From Okamejei kenojei (lineage: Eukaryota): a DNA stretch of 64,000 bases. The stretch spans positions 18,786,001-18,850,000 of the forward strand of contig CM069165.1 in NCBI GenBank assembly GCA_035221665.1. Direction: 5' to 3'. Shown in pieces: positions 23,411 to 36,565 of the stretch (position 1 is the first letter of the stretch; each line of letters begins with the position of its first letter). Under the pieces are notes generated by a model that saw only the letters and a program-made list of their open reading frames with translations, did not search any database and was not told the origin of the DNA. A program made the translations under genes and the position numbers.

Positions 23411-25782
23411 TACCGGCAACAGTTGACCTGACAATGAGGCTGTTGTCTGAACCACAGATTCTTCCACATACGCCACAGGAGATTCGCTCTTTCTCACAGA
23501 AGAGTTTTAAACTTTTCAGTCTTTCCTGATCACACCATGGAACGATAGAAAGTTATGGTGTAGTAGGAGGCCAATCAACCCAGTCCAGCCAAAAAATGAT
23601 CTATTTAGATTATTCACACTTTGTAGCTCTAGGACCTTTGTCTTGAAGGCTACATCTCCTTACGTTATCCACAGATCTTTTAAATAAGGATCGTTTCTGC
23701 CTTAAATCATATTTACAGGACTCATCTTCTTTCCATTCTAGTTCTCCTCGAGTCAAATGAGTCCAACCCTTTATGACCATCTTTTTCCCATCACAACGTG
23801 ATAATTGGTTGCCACACTAACACTCTACATTTAATGTACCTCAATCAATGTATAGCCTCTTAGCTTTCAGCCTGGAGCTAAACATGTCGAGAGGAACACA
23901 TGAAAGATTTCTTCCAACATCCCTAACTCTTGTTGATCAGCTTGTATGTGGGTGTTTCCATAAATAAGGGTACCAACCTGTGACATGGGTGGCCAAATAT
24001 TAAATTATAACAAAATACCACAGCATTGAAAATGGGCCTACATATGATTCTTTTGAGCTAATTTGTGATCAAAATCGACCAGAATTTGACCTTGAAATCA
24101 TTAAATTTCAAAATTTGAAAAATAAACGAGAAAAAAAACATTATTTATAAATTGACATTTTCTTTTAATATACATAAATAAAGAAGAATATAGTAACCTT
24201 TCATCGAATTCGATGTTAATTTACTCAAAATTTGCCTAGAACCAAAAGCATGTGTGTAGACAGGAGCATACTTTCAACGAGACATGGCATTATCTGGGAC
24301 CAGGTCAATTTCGATTTCCTTCGCTACAGTGCACACACTTTACAACAACATAGCAACAAGCAATGAAAGTTTAATGGAATTTAAATATTTATATAGTAAA
24401 CAAGACGTAACATTTACTAGAAAAGAACGAAAAAGTGCAAAAGGATTTTTACTACAATTATTCCAAGCAAAAAAAAGTGAACACAGTGTTATTCAGAGCA
24501 CAGTGTGCTCACGTCTCTTATACTGATTTCTAAGCTCCCTTACAAAATGTCGGCACGTAACCTACCACGAGGCCTGTAGTTCAGGTCAGGGTTATTAGAA
24601 TAAGGCCTTGGGTTTAACCAGATATGTTTTCAGAGAAAGCACGTTCTCTCTCATCTCTTCATTGTTTCGCTAGGTTTGTTTCCAGCCCTAATCTGTCTCA
24701 CAGTTTAATTGCCACAGGCAGATCTTCTGAACAATTCCCAATTCAGAATTCCATGATCAAGCAATTTTAAACAACCAAATCCTTCAGATTAATTTTATTA
24801 ACAGCCTCTGGCTTGATATTCCTTTCCCATTTTCAGAGGGCTTCAGAGACCATTAACAACTCCTGTAATATGGCCATGTCAAAACATCTGTTAAGGCTGA
24901 AAACATTGTCGATTTTTCTATTTCATGATGGTTGATTTAACCTCAGACTTGTACACTGAGCAGTTCAGTTGGACTTTTCATTAAAACTGACCCCAAACGT
25001 TTACTCTGCTTCTATTTCTAAAAATGCTGCCTAACCTATTGAGTGTCTCCAGCGCTTTCTGGTCTTATCGCTGGCACCCATGTATTGAATAGATGGGAAA
25101 AAATGGAAAAGATGGAATTTTCACTTAAACTGGTAAGTACAACCTTTTGAAGCATTTGTCAGCTGATGGTTGGAATGTTTGGTCTATGTTTTCTCTTGTA
25201 GTTGCTATTTGGATTGGAACAGCAGGGGGAGCTATTGATGGCTAGTGGGGCGTTATTCACATAAGGTTGCAGAATGACTGAAAATAATAAATTGACAATG
25301 CTTTGGAAACTTACACTTAAAAAAGACATAACTAATTAGCTGCTAACATCGCCTGCAAAATCTGGTCTTTTGGAAAGTTTGGAACTGAATTGTATTGGGC
25401 CTGACACTGCTACATATTATTTCCTCGGATTATTCAGTTTGATATGCAGCATAGCACAATAATGAAAATTTCCTCTCGTAACCAAATAGCATGTATTAAT
25501 TAACTGTGTTCTAATAATTACTATTACTTTCACAATTTTATTTGGAATTCACTCTGTTACTGACTTATTAGAGACTTTTTTTTAAAACGAGGACAAACAT
25601 GTAGACAAAAAATCCAGCTGTTAAAGGCTTCCAAAGTTAGGCAGGGAGTCTGTGTTCATTCCTAGTGTTTTCACCAAATAATAAAGGCTGAAGCATCTGA
25701 ATGCAAACAACACTTATGCTCTATGAAACACTGGCACCGATCTTCCATCATTATTTTCATTCGTTTTTGACAGTCTGAACAT

Positions 25783-26185
25783 AAGACATGCTGTATGAGT
25801 AGAATTAAGCCATTCGGCCCATCGAGTCTACTCTGCCATTTGATCATGGCTGATATATTTTTCCCTCTCAACCATTCTCCTCATAATCTTTGACACTCTT
25901 ACTAATCAAGAACCTATCAATCTCTGCTTTAAAAATAGCCAATGTATTAGCGTCCACAACCATCTGTGCCAATGAATTCCACAGATCCACCACCCTCTGA
26001 TAAATTCCTCCTCATCTCCATTCTATAGGTAGGTTCTTGTATTCCGAGACTGTGGCCTCTGGATTTAGACTCTCTCATTACTGGAAACAACCTGACCACA
26101 TTCACATCTATCTAGGTCTATCATTTTCTGGTAGGTTTCACTGAGATCCCCCGTCAACATTCTAAATTCCAATGAGTTCAGACCC
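25783..26185 (-). mobile_element. CR1/HER1-type LINE 3' fragment
   Basis: Same 3' tail as 10555-10715, plus upstream CR1 ORF2 remnant. Confidence 0.75.
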
Positions 26186-27084
26186 AGAGCTTTTTAATGG
26201 AAAAATATCGAACCTCCACTTCCAGACAAGGTCGCTCAGCATTTGTAGCTGAGCTAAAGGGCAGAGATATTGCTTGCATTAGTACTTGGTCTAGCACCAA
26301 ATCATTATTGATTAATCCATTGAAGTAAATAACAGAATGGGCTGTGTACACAATATCTGCAAAGCAATCGTACTCTACTAATTTGCCACACTTTAACATC
26401 ATGCCCTCTGTAAAAAAAAAAGATTCATTGTGAGACCCTGAAAATGAGGTCCATTTATTTCCCTTACCTTGAGAGCCATTTTTCAATGAAGGCAGTGGTG
26501 AATTTCATCATGTCTCCTTTACTGAAAAGTAGTACCTGAGGTATGGGAAGTGATTCTATATTATCAGGCACAAGCTGCCCCATCTGGGGTAAAGACTGCT
26601 GATCCCACATTGATCTCATCAGTTACCTTAGAATCCATTGTGAAGCAAGTCACCCATGACCTTGAAAAAATACCTAAGAAGATGACCCAAAATCCTGCTG
26701 TAATTGGAAATAGTGATCACTGACATACAATTGCTTTCAGCCTCCTGCCTACAACACTTACACTAAATCAAGCTGTATTCACAGCCTCTCCTCAGTCTAT
26801 ATCCCAGGCAAAAGAATATCTCCTGCAAAACTGCAGTCTCCTGTGGAGCATTCCCCCATGTCTCAAGAAGCCAAGCCTCTTGGCAGCATTTGTCTCTCAA
26901 ATTATCACATTATATGGTGAATCTAATTCCTCCTACACTTCAGAGAAATATATTCGCTGAAAAAACACCCAGCCAGAGAAGATATTTAGAGTTGATTAAA
27001 TACTTGGTTAAAGAGAGGAGTGTTAAAAAAGCTGTTAAAAGTTTCAGAGCAGTGGAGAGGTAAACTAGTCTGAGGACAGGAATT

Positions 27085-27432
27085 GTGGGCTTTAACATGG
27101 TGAAGCCTGCAGTCTCTGGTAAGAAGAGGCCGATTCTGGAGCTCCATGCCGCGGAGAGTTTGAACCGCCCCAATGCAGGAGTTTCGATCACACCGGGAGC
27201 TTCGATCGTCGGCTCCGGGGGCTTTGATCGCCCCGACCATAGGAGAACAAAGAGGAAGAAGATTGAACTTTATTGCCTTCCATCACAGTGAGTAATGTGG
27301 AATTCACTGTGGTGGATGTTTATGTTAACTTTTATGTGGCTGTGTGTCCTGTTGCTTTTCACTTAGTAGGGCAACTCAAATATCACTGTACCTTAATTGA
27401 TACATGTGACAATATCTGACCTTGACCTTGAA
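27085..27432 (+). mobile_element. 5'-truncated copy of the GC-rich non-coding element with Rex1-type tail
   Basis: TTTAACATGGTGAAGCC..GTCTCTGGTAAGAAGAGGCCGATT matches the 54.1-kb copy; ends TGTACC..GATACATGTGACAATA and (TGACCT)n. Confidence 0.7.
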
Positions 27433-27574
27433 AGCAAAGCCACTAATGGTGGATTAACAAAGAATGAACTGGACACCAATTAGAGGGTCAGCAGGTTAAC
27501 CTGATAAAGTTGTGGAAATCTTAAACATAGCCCCTCGAAGGATATAAAATCAAGGACGAAGGACATCATAAGAA

Positions 27575-27900
27575 GGAGACACCAAGAGACTGCAGATGTA
27601 ATCTTGAGCAAAAAAACAGTGTGCTGGGGGAATTCAGTAGGTTAGGCAGCATCTGAGGAAGGAAATGGACAGATGACATTTCAGGTCCGGTCCCTTCTTC
27701 AGATTGATGGAGTAGGGGAAACAATATGGGCAGATGGGTGTAGATATTGATAAAGGTAGGAGGCGAGGTGAAAAAAGCAGTCCGATAAGAAGAAGAGTGA
27801 AAGGTAAAGCCAGAGGGAAGAGAATCCAGGTGGAACGGGCACAGGAGAGGAGGGATACATTAAAAACAAAATTTTGCACACTAGTAGCCAATGTATTTCA
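27575..27900 (-). mobile_element. Older Penelope-derived 3' end with UTR
   Basis: GACTGCAGATG...GGCAGCATCTG..GACATTTCAGGTCCGGTCCCTTCTTCAGATTG followed by a purine-rich block (pyrimidine UTR on the minus strand). Confidence 0.65.
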
Positions 27901-30724
27901 GTAGATACGGTGGGCATGGAGCAAGAGGATAATGTAAGACAGACTTTTAGATGAGTTTAAATCTATGGAAGTGGAGAACGGGGTCAGCCAAGTACTAGAA
28001 AGGTTTATTCCAGAGAAGGAGAAAAAGGTGGAGATTTCAGCACCAGAACCGAGACAGGAATGGGCAGTTAACATTACAAGGGCAAAAAAAGGTAGACATT
28101 GTGGTGGAGGCTAGAGGTTCAAAATACCTGAAACCAGTTTGTAGATTTTATTCAAAACAAGGTTATCAAGGTGAAACATTCCACGTGCGACTTGAAGAAC
28201 TGTCTTAGACGCGAGTTTGGATTTCTTTATCTTTATTGCCAGAGTAGGAACAGATTCAATGTTCAATTTGCCGAGTTAATTGACGAGTAACATTCACCTT
28301 GCAATATTAATGTGACAAAGAGTCTGGCAGGTTCCAAAAAGTTGATTAGCGAGTAAAATGGTTGAGTATGTACTTAATACAATAGTGTCTTGAATTGATT
28401 GCAAAGACTGATCTTAATGAAAACTCACATTTAAATCAAGTACTGATGATTCATCAGTAGAATAATACAACTTCAGAAACATAGTGAATGGAGTGAATTT
28501 CCCAGCCATGAAAAATCCACGATCTGCAGCTGGAGTTACATTGAATTAAAATATCATTAGCTCAATATCATTTTATTTGAGTTCTCTGGTGGTTGATGAA
28601 AGAAGAAGACATCCTCACACAGTTAATAATGTTCAAGAAATAATTACTGTCAGTTCATTGATTAAAAATTAATTCTTCATTGACTGGATAAAGAAGGTGT
28701 GCAATGTGATGAAGACAAAGTAATAGCTGGTTACTGGATAAGTTGATTAACAAATAAAAATGCAGACATAGGAAACTGAAATAAAAACAGACGATGCAGA
28801 ATAGCATCAATAAAGAAAACACATTAAAAACAGGAGACCATCTGGACATACCTCTCCTTCGTTATTTCCTGATTCTGCACCTCATATCCGCTATGCTCCA
28901 AAATCCCACAGCCTTAGACTCCCAAAGCGTCCAAAAATTTCCATCCCCAGTCTTGAATAGTTTCATTTCAGTCCTGAATTTCAAAGAGTCAAACCTATTT
29001 AAAAAATTAAGGCCATATGTTGTACAAGATGCCCCTTTGCTTTGTCCTCTCTTACTTGAGATTACACAACAGTGAATCATCTAATTTATTCTGAACATAG
29101 CTATGGATGATTTACATGGAGTTACATGAAATTGATAGATGAAGAACAGGCTATTTGACCCAAAGTTCATGCTCTATACATAAGCTCCACCTGACACTCT
29201 TCACTGCGTCCTTTCTAAAGACCTATTTTTTTTCTTATTAATCATTTTGCCAAGAATGCAACTGTGTTATTTGCCAGAACCATTCTCTGTGGTCATGGAC
29301 TCCACATTTCTCACACATATTTGGGTGATACAGATAAGAACAGATTAAATCAGCAGACCACAGCTGGGTAACGTCATGGCATTCACTGTCTGAATAATGG
29401 GCCCTTTAAATGATGAGTTATATACCACCAAGGCGTCAAGTACTACTTTATTTAAACAATTATATTTAAAGCTTAAGGACACCTGCCTGCCAAATTGTTA
29501 TTTTGCCTTTGGAAGTGAATGTCTCAAATGAATATTATGTAAGAAGGATTTTGAAATGGATCAAAGGAACAGTTTCGTTCTGTGGTTTGATTGTGATGCG
29601 ACCTTGCATCAAGACCCAAAAACTTCCTGTAACTTTGATCACAGAATAGTCAGAATCATGACAGAAGCTCTTTCAAACCAGACACAGAATGTGGTTTGTG
29701 ACTGTGCCAAATGGAAGCTAAACTCAGCCAGCATATCGGGTGAGAAGCTGAGTCATCAGAATAGAATCAACATTTAATTGCTAATGATGTACTTGAATTT
29801 TTCATCATAACGTTGTCAGGTGATACCAATAAAAAAACAAAAATGTGATTTAGTGTCAGGAATGTCTTTGATACAGTTGTTGAAGTTACATATTCCAACT
29901 CTGAGTTTTGGCCAAGTACAAATTAATTCAAATCGGGTTAGAACTAGAGAAGCATTATAAACTTCAGCTCCCAACTTGACAGTGCCAATGCAGTCAGAGC
30001 AATTAATTTTTTTCCCCTAAAATTACAGTTTGTAACACAACCCGACGTGCACACACTAATAGATCAAATAGAACAAGTTGACCAACAACTTTAGGCTGGT
30101 ACACGCCTTTGCAAGAAGATCTTGAAAAAGTGCAGAAGCAGACTATGAGGAAACACAAACTTTAAAAGAATAATAAGATTATTATTCAAAATCTTTTATG
30201 AGCTATAACTAAGTTTATCACAGCTGAAGAACTATGTGTATATAGTTAAAATATATATAATTATTAATAAATCAGTCCCAAATAAATCAATGTTATACCT
30301 CCTAAGTTTTAGTTACTCAAGCACTTTGTGTCGTTTTCTGTAAACTAGTATCAGCAGTTTCTTGTTTCCACACTGAGAAGCACAGGTACAAAATGTACTC
30401 TAGTTGGGAGAGGTTTCCAAAGCTCATCTCTAATTGTAACCCAGTAACAACACTGATTACAAGCTGAAAGCCAGGGATGCCACACTTTATTTAAAGCTCA
30501 GCAGAAGATGAAGAGTGTATGATCGAAAAACCTGAAAGCTAGAAATCACAATTAAAACTTGAAAAGGATGAAAATACTCAACTGAAATTCTGTAAATGAA
30601 ATGACAGGAGTAGGCAGAAACAGTAGGTCTGCCAGGGCAGTTCATTTAAGGATTTTGAAAAGGTATTTCAGAGGGACCGGGTATGAAGAAAGGTCTCGAC
30701 CTGAAACATAATCGATTTGGTTGT

Positions 30725-31140
30725 GTGATAGGAGTAGAATTAGGCCAATCAGCCAATCAAGTCTACTCCGCCATTCAATCATGATCTATCTCTTCCTCCT
30801 AACCCCATTCTCCTGCCTTCATCCCATAGACCTTGACACCCGTAATCAAGAACTATCTCTGCCTTAAAAATATCCATTGACTTGGCCTCCACAACCTTCT
30901 GTGGCAAGGAATTCCACAAATTCACCACCCTCTGACTAAAGAAACAGTTCAATTTAGTTTATTTCCACATGAAACGCTTTTTGTTGTGTGCTAACCAGTC
31001 AGTATAAAGACAATACATGATTACAATCAGTCCATTTACAGTGCACAGATACATGATAAGGGAATCCTCCTCTTCTCTTTCCTAAAGCAACGTCCTTTAA
31101 TTTTGAGGCTGTGACCTCTTGTCCTAGACTCTCCCACTAG
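30725..31140 (-). mobile_element. CR1 3' fragment with a nested Rex1-tail insertion (about 30945-31063)
   Basis: CTCTGACTAAAGAAA|insert|TCCTCCTC continuity compared with the 26.0-kb copy; the insert resembles the reverse complement of 8820-8950. Confidence 0.65.
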
Positions 31141-31752
31141 TGCAAGTAAATGTTCCCAATGTTGGGTGAGTCCAGAACCAGGGGCCACAGTCTTAGAATA
31201 AAGGGGAGGTCATTTAAGACTGAGGTGAGAAAAAAACGTTTTCGCCCAGAGAGTTGTGGAATTAAGGAATTCCCTGCCACAGAGGGTAGTGGAGGCCAAT
31301 TCACTGGATGGTTTTGAGAGTTAGATGGAGCTGGAGGGGCTAGTGGAGTCAAGCAGTGCTGGATCAACCATTATGCAAAATAAGCACGTGCTTAGGGCAT
31401 CAAGGGAAGGGGGCACCACATAAATGGTAGGAGAAAACTTTTCAAATATAAATAAAGTGGAAGTATACAAAAATAAACATTATTTTCAATCTTATTGTTT
31501 GTTTTGTTTCATTTTGAAAAGTAAAAACATATTTTATGGTTTATTATTATTATTTATATTTTGAATTTGGGGTCACCAAAATCTTTTAAGTGTTTTGGAC
31601 TATGGATCTTAATCCGGCCCTGGAGTCAAGGGATATAGGGAGAAGGCAGGCACGGGTTATCGATTAGGGATGATCAGCCATGATCACAATGAGTGGCAGT
31701 GCTGGCTCGAAGGGCCGAATGGCCTCCTGCACCTATTTATTATGTTTCTATG
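31141..31752 (+). mobile_element. CR1 3' fragment split by a hAT MITE
   Basis: MFPMLGESRTRGHSLRIKG motif; tail CTCGAAGGGCCGAATGGCCTCCTGCACCTATT. Confidence 0.75.
31354..31622. mobile_element. Non-autonomous hAT (Tip100-like) MITE with 8-bp TSD
   Basis: Exact TSD GAGTCAAG at 31346-31353 and 31623-31630; imperfect TIRs CAGTGCTGGATCAA / TTAATCCGGCCCTG. Confidence 0.8.
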
Positions 31753-31864
31753 TAGTGGGAACATCCTCTCCACGTCCACTCTTATCACTATATTTCTATT
31801 CATGGCTAATTCACCATTTCATTATTCATCCAGATGATGCCGTTGATTTAATTCCAGCACTTAG

Positions 31865-32260
31865 TGTCGATGTTGCTGCTGCTGCTGTGCGGCGGCGTTG
31901 CCCCCCTCGCACGGAGGCGACCGCCGCCTCCGTCTGTCCCCCTCCCTCCCTCCCGCCCTCACGACGGCCCGCGCCGTCCGTCGGTCCCAACGATCTGTCC
32001 GCTCGCGAGAGGCGGGCGCCGCGCCGCGCTGCGGGCCAACGGCCGCCACGTCTCGCGATGCTTACCCGCCGGTCCTGGCCATCCATCGCATTCGCACCGT
32101 CGTTGCAGGCGGACCGCGTCCATCTTAACAGGTGAATACCTCAACGATGCGCTCGGTGACGGCGAGGTTCAGGATTCAGGAGCGTCAGGTGTCCGGAGAC
32201 CCCGAGTGCCGCGCTCTCTCCGAACGGACTGTCAAAGGCTGTGATCTGTGGGGACGGCAG
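31865..32260 (+). promoter_or_regulatory. USP54: CpG island / promoter and putative non-coding exon 1 of USP54 (donor CAG|GTGAAT at 32131/32132)
   Basis: Very CpG-dense with no repeat similarity elsewhere in the window; (GCT)n/(GCG)n leader; GC boxes; canonical donor; lies upstream of USP54 coding exons on the same strand. Confidence 0.65.
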
Positions 32261-32299
32261 GTATTGACCCTTGACCTGGCCGGAGGAGGCAGTGACCAA

Positions 32300-33170
32300 G
32301 TGGGCAGCAACACCTCCCACCCTCAGCTACCCCTCCCTCCGTCCCCCATCTTGCTCCCACCCTACCCGTACAAACTCTGCTATGCTCAGCCACCTTCCCA
32401 CCCTCTCAATTCCCCTCGTATCCCATCAAACTCCCCCAACCTTATTCCCCAAATCTCGCCATCTCCCTAACTCAGCCATCCTTCCCAACTGCTTCTCCCT
32501 CCACCTCTCATTCCCTTGTACCGGTTTCCCCCTTCTCCTCCTCTGTTCTTTCCATCCCATCCACCCACTACCCCAGCCCCAGCCCCATCTGTTCCTCACT
32601 TGGTCAGTATCCAATCTTTCTCTCTCCCCCCATCCCCCATCTTCACTCTGTTCCACTCCCCTCCCCATGCCCCCACTTCTTTATCCACAACTGTATAGGT
32701 CCTCTGCTGCACTTGCAACCCCGACCCATTCCTCCCCAGCCCCTGCCGGCTCTTTGACCCCTTCCATACCCCACCCTCGTCTGCCGAGCAGACCCCTTCG
32801 TCTCCCCCACTTGCCCGACCAACCAACCCATTCAACATCCCCGCCCGTCCAACTGATCCTTTCATCTGTCCCCGATTGACTGACCTATTTCTTCCCTGCT
32901 GTTCCCTGACCCCTTTCTTCCCCGCCTGCCCCCTGAACTCTCCCCCCTCCTCGCTGGCCCCCTGACCCCTTCCTGCCTATGCCTGCCTCGATCATTTTTT
33001 CTCCCACCCCCCCGACCCCGTCCCATGCCTCCCTCACGCTCCCCATCCCTTCCTCCCCTCACACGTCTTCTGCGTCCCATACCCTCCCAAATCCACGCAT
33101 AACTGGCTCCCCTGACTGCTGCTCGACCCTCCCTGCCATCCTCTGCCCAGCTTGATCCCACACCCCCATC
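32300..33170. repeat. C/pyrimidine-rich low-complexity tract (G-run-rich on the minus strand)
   Basis: Dozens of CCC+ runs and very few G on the + strand. Confidence 0.8.
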
Positions 33171-34090
33171 TTTAAACAGGTATATTAATAGAACAGATTT
33201 AAAGGTATATGGGTAAAATGCAGTACATGGGATGGTGTGGATGGGTACCAGACAGTATGGACAAATTGAGTTGAACTGCCTGTTTCTATTCCTCCCCAAT
33301 CCCAAATCTTCATATTCGTATTGTGTGATTCTCAGAAAGTATTACATTGTTTTGACAGTTTTTCTTCCTTAGTACTCGAATGTTCATGTTTGGTTTGCTC
33401 CATACTAAAGGAAGACACAAACAAAAGTAATAAGCTGATCATGAAGTTATGAGGAGGGGAGGATGCACAAACAAATGATATTTAAAAAGGGTTACGTTTT
33501 TTTTTGTTGAGTACAAATGATTGGAGATCTGCTGCTAATGTTTAAGTGGTTTTCTAGGCTTCTCTGAGACAATTTTAATGCTTTAATTTATGGTGCCAAC
33601 CTTCAACAGTACAGCATTTCCAAGCTGCAACTTCCCAGATGAAGATTTTAATTGTGGATATTGGGCTGAATGTGACATTAGGCTTTCACCAAATATCAAA
33701 AGTGGTGTTGAAGAGTTCGCAGAGAGTATTGGCTTTATTTTTTACTTTTTGCAATTGATGTAATCTCTTGGATACCAGTGGTAATCTAGACTTTTTTTTT
33801 TAACCCTGTTGACCTGCCTTTAATTTTCTCCCTGATTCCAAAATTTCAGTCCCTTAGTTCCTAATCACAATTAATTTGTGTTTGGAATTATTTAGAGTGC
33901 TTCCTCCTTTGCCTCTCTCCTCTCATTCCAAACTCTTGTATTTCATTCTTTCTATTCTGCTCATGTACTCTTCTGCTGTAGCCCTGAACTTAACTACCTT
34001 TAAATGGAAACCAATTCAGTACCCAACCCCCTACCTTACTGTAAAATACTTAAGTTCTCCTTTGACTCACTCACACCAGCAATCCGTTCC

Positions 34091-34255
34091 GGGACAGCAG
34101 CATCTCTGGAGAGAAGGAATGGGTGACGTTTCGGGTCGAGACCCTTTTTTAGACCCATTCCTTCTCTCCAGAGATGCTGCCTGTCCTGCTGAGTTACTCC
34201 AGCATTTTGTGTCTATCTTTGATTTAAACCAGCATCTGCAATTTCTTTATTACAC
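34091..34255. mobile_element. Palindromic Penelope-derived element
   Basis: GCAGCATCTCTGGAGAGAAGGAATGGGT pairs with ACCCATTCCTTCTCTCCAGAGATGCTGC; probable TSD ATC(C/A)GTTCC at 34082-34090 and 34256-34264. Confidence 0.8.
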
Positions 34256-34664
34256 ATCAGTTCCTACCTATTCCTTGCCTTACATCGTTTGGGATATATG
34301 AAGCAATTGTGGTTCAAGACTGGCTCAAATACTAGACTGACTGGAGTATTTAATTATACTCTTTGTCATCCTTTCATCTTCACATCTCTTACACTTCCAT
34401 TCTTAAACCTTCATTTCAATTTCTGCGGAGAGGTTATTACTAATTATTGTTAGTCAATTGACTCCACAGCTTGACTGTTTTGATGACTCTACTCCATATG
34501 TTGTTTTCCTATCTTTATCCCATTTGTTTTTGGAATTCATTTTTCCACCAGACCTTCCAAAATGCATTTTTTGTCTTCATCGAAGGTCTCCACCTTATTG
34601 TGCTTGATGAGGTTTCCAAAAATCTATGAAATGTCTGTTGCATTTCACGTATTTGACTGATGAA

Positions 34665-35468
34665 GATAATTCAATTCAATTCAATTCAACTTTAATGTCA
34701 TTGCACAGATACAAGTATGGGTACAACGGTCAGTTTGAATGTGGATGGAGAGACTGGAGAAATCTATCGGCGGGACTCCGAGTTCAGCAATGTGATGGTG
34801 TTGTTATAGAAGCTGTTCCTCATCCTACTAGTGCGGGACCTGAGGCTCATGTACCGCCTCCCTGATGGTAGGAGGGCAAACAGTCCATGGTTAGGGTGGA
34901 AGGGGTCTTTGATGATCTTCCCGCCCGTCTCGGACACTGTTTTCGGTGGAAGGCATCCATGGCAGGGAGCGAGGCACCGATGATGTACTGGGCGGTTTTC
35001 ACCACCCGTTGTAGTGCCTTCCTATCTGCTATGGTGCAACTGCTGTACCATACCGTAAAGCAGGTGGTCAGGATGCTTTCGATGGTATAGCGGTAAAAGT
35101 TGGTCAGGATCTGGGGGGACAGGTGGGCTTTTTTGAGCCTCCTCGGGAAGTAAAGGCGCCGCTGCGCCTTTTTGATCAGCTTGGAGGTGTTGAGGGACCA
35201 GGACGGATCCTCCGAGATGTGTACCCCGAGGAATTTGTAGTTGGAGACCCGCTCCACCTCAGTCCCGTTTATGTGGATGGGGCTGTGTCTGCCCCCTCTG
35301 TTCTTTCTAAAGTCGACAATGATTTCCTTCGTCTTCTGGGAGTTGAGGACGAGGTTATTGTTGGCACACCAGGTTGTCAGGTGCTGGACCTCCTCCCTGT
35401 AGGCTGACTCGTCGTTGTCACTGATCAGTCCTACCACCGTGGTGTCGTCGGCAAATTTTATGATGGCG
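34665..35468 (-). mobile_element. Young 5'-truncated Rex1/Babar LINE (RT C-terminal part, 3' UTR, (GAATT)n tail)
   Basis: Open frame KFADDTTVVGLISDNDESAYREEV...KTKEIIVDFRK...FLGVHIS...KKAQRRLYF...TIESILT...ALQRVVKTAQ; CpGs retained. Confidence 0.9.
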
Positions 35469-35990
35469 ATGGATGTTTTATACATGGATTTTAGCATGAC
35501 TTTAGATAAAGTCCCTCATGGTAGGTTGATCCAGATGATTAAGATGCACGGGATTCATGTTGACTTAGTCATATAGATTCAGAACTGGCATATTCATAAA
35601 AGTCAGAGGGTTGTGGCGATAGAAAATGTTGTACCTCTATTTAAGAAGGGCTGCAAGGAAAAGCCTGGGAACTATAGGCCAGTGAGTATAACATCTGTGG
35701 TCGGAAAGTTACTGGATAATATTCTGAGGGATAAATATATATGTGTTTAGATAGACAAGGGCTGTTTAAGGATTGTGAGCATGGTTTTGTACATGGGAGA
35801 TCATGTCTCTCAAATCTGATGGAGTTTTTTGAAGATGACTAAAAGGGCCGATGAGGGCGCGTACATGAACAGGATAGGTTTGGAAGGATATGGGCCAAAT
35901 GCAGGCAGGTGTGACTAGTGTAGATGGTCGGTCGACATGGCAAGTTGTGTTGAAGGGCCTGTTTCCAAACTGCATGACTCTATAACTAAT
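35468..35990 (+). mobile_element. Rearranged CR1/HER1 fragments
   Basis: DVLYMDFS..DKVPHGRL, NVVPLFKKG..KPGNYRPVS, HGF...RSCL.NL.EFFE, and a tail GAAGGGCCTGTTTCC shared with HE1 SINEs. Confidence 0.75.
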
Positions 35991-36434
35991 TACTTTGCAT
36001 GAACCGTGTTTTGTATATTGCCAGCAAGAAATCTGTTGTCCTTGAGGATGTGAGCAGGTGGTAATCTGGTTTTAAATTCAAACATGAAAACAAAACAGCA
36101 AGGTTGTAAAGTTGCATCATGACACCAACATGCAGAGTATGTATAATTAAAAATTGATGCATTTTGGCTCTTTGGTGAGCTGATATAATTTACTAGAAAA
36201 ATGTTTTAAAATAATGAAATTTTATAAAGGGGTTGCGTTAATGGCTGCTTCATCAACTTAAACATTGCAAACAGTTTTAAATATGTTTTTGGAATGTGGA
36301 CACTATTACATATGACTAATATGTGATATGTGAAGATGGCAGTAAATGTAACTGTAAATGTTAATTGAGCAAAATTGAAAGGCTCAAGATAGGCATATTA
36401 GGTTGCCAGTAAACATGAAGTTGACCAGAGAGTA

Positions 36435-36565
36435 TTAGAAACAAGGAACTGCAGATACTGGTTTATTTAAAAAAAGACACAAAGACACAAATACTTGAAA
36501 AGTCACTTATTCATGTTCTCCAGAGATGCTATCTGACCTGCTGAGTTACTCCAGTACTTTGTGAC
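36435..36565. mobile_element. Penelope-derived palindrome with deleted centre
   Basis: GGAACTGCAGATACTGGTTT arm followed by CCAGAGATGCT..GACCTGCTGAGTTACTCCAG arm. Confidence 0.7.

Noticed and set aside
23965-24530. Possible DNA transposon remnant (AGGGTACCA end; antisense KYAPV motif)
   Set aside because: No matching second TIR or TSD found and the protein similarity is too short to support
31680-33305. Many long Pro/Arg/Gly-rich ORFs
   Set aside because: Artefacts of the CpG island and C-rich low-complexity DNA
35469-35497. N-terminus MLKSMYKTS of the 216-aa RT ORF
   Set aside because: These codons come from the antisense strand of the adjacent CR1 fragment, not a real start
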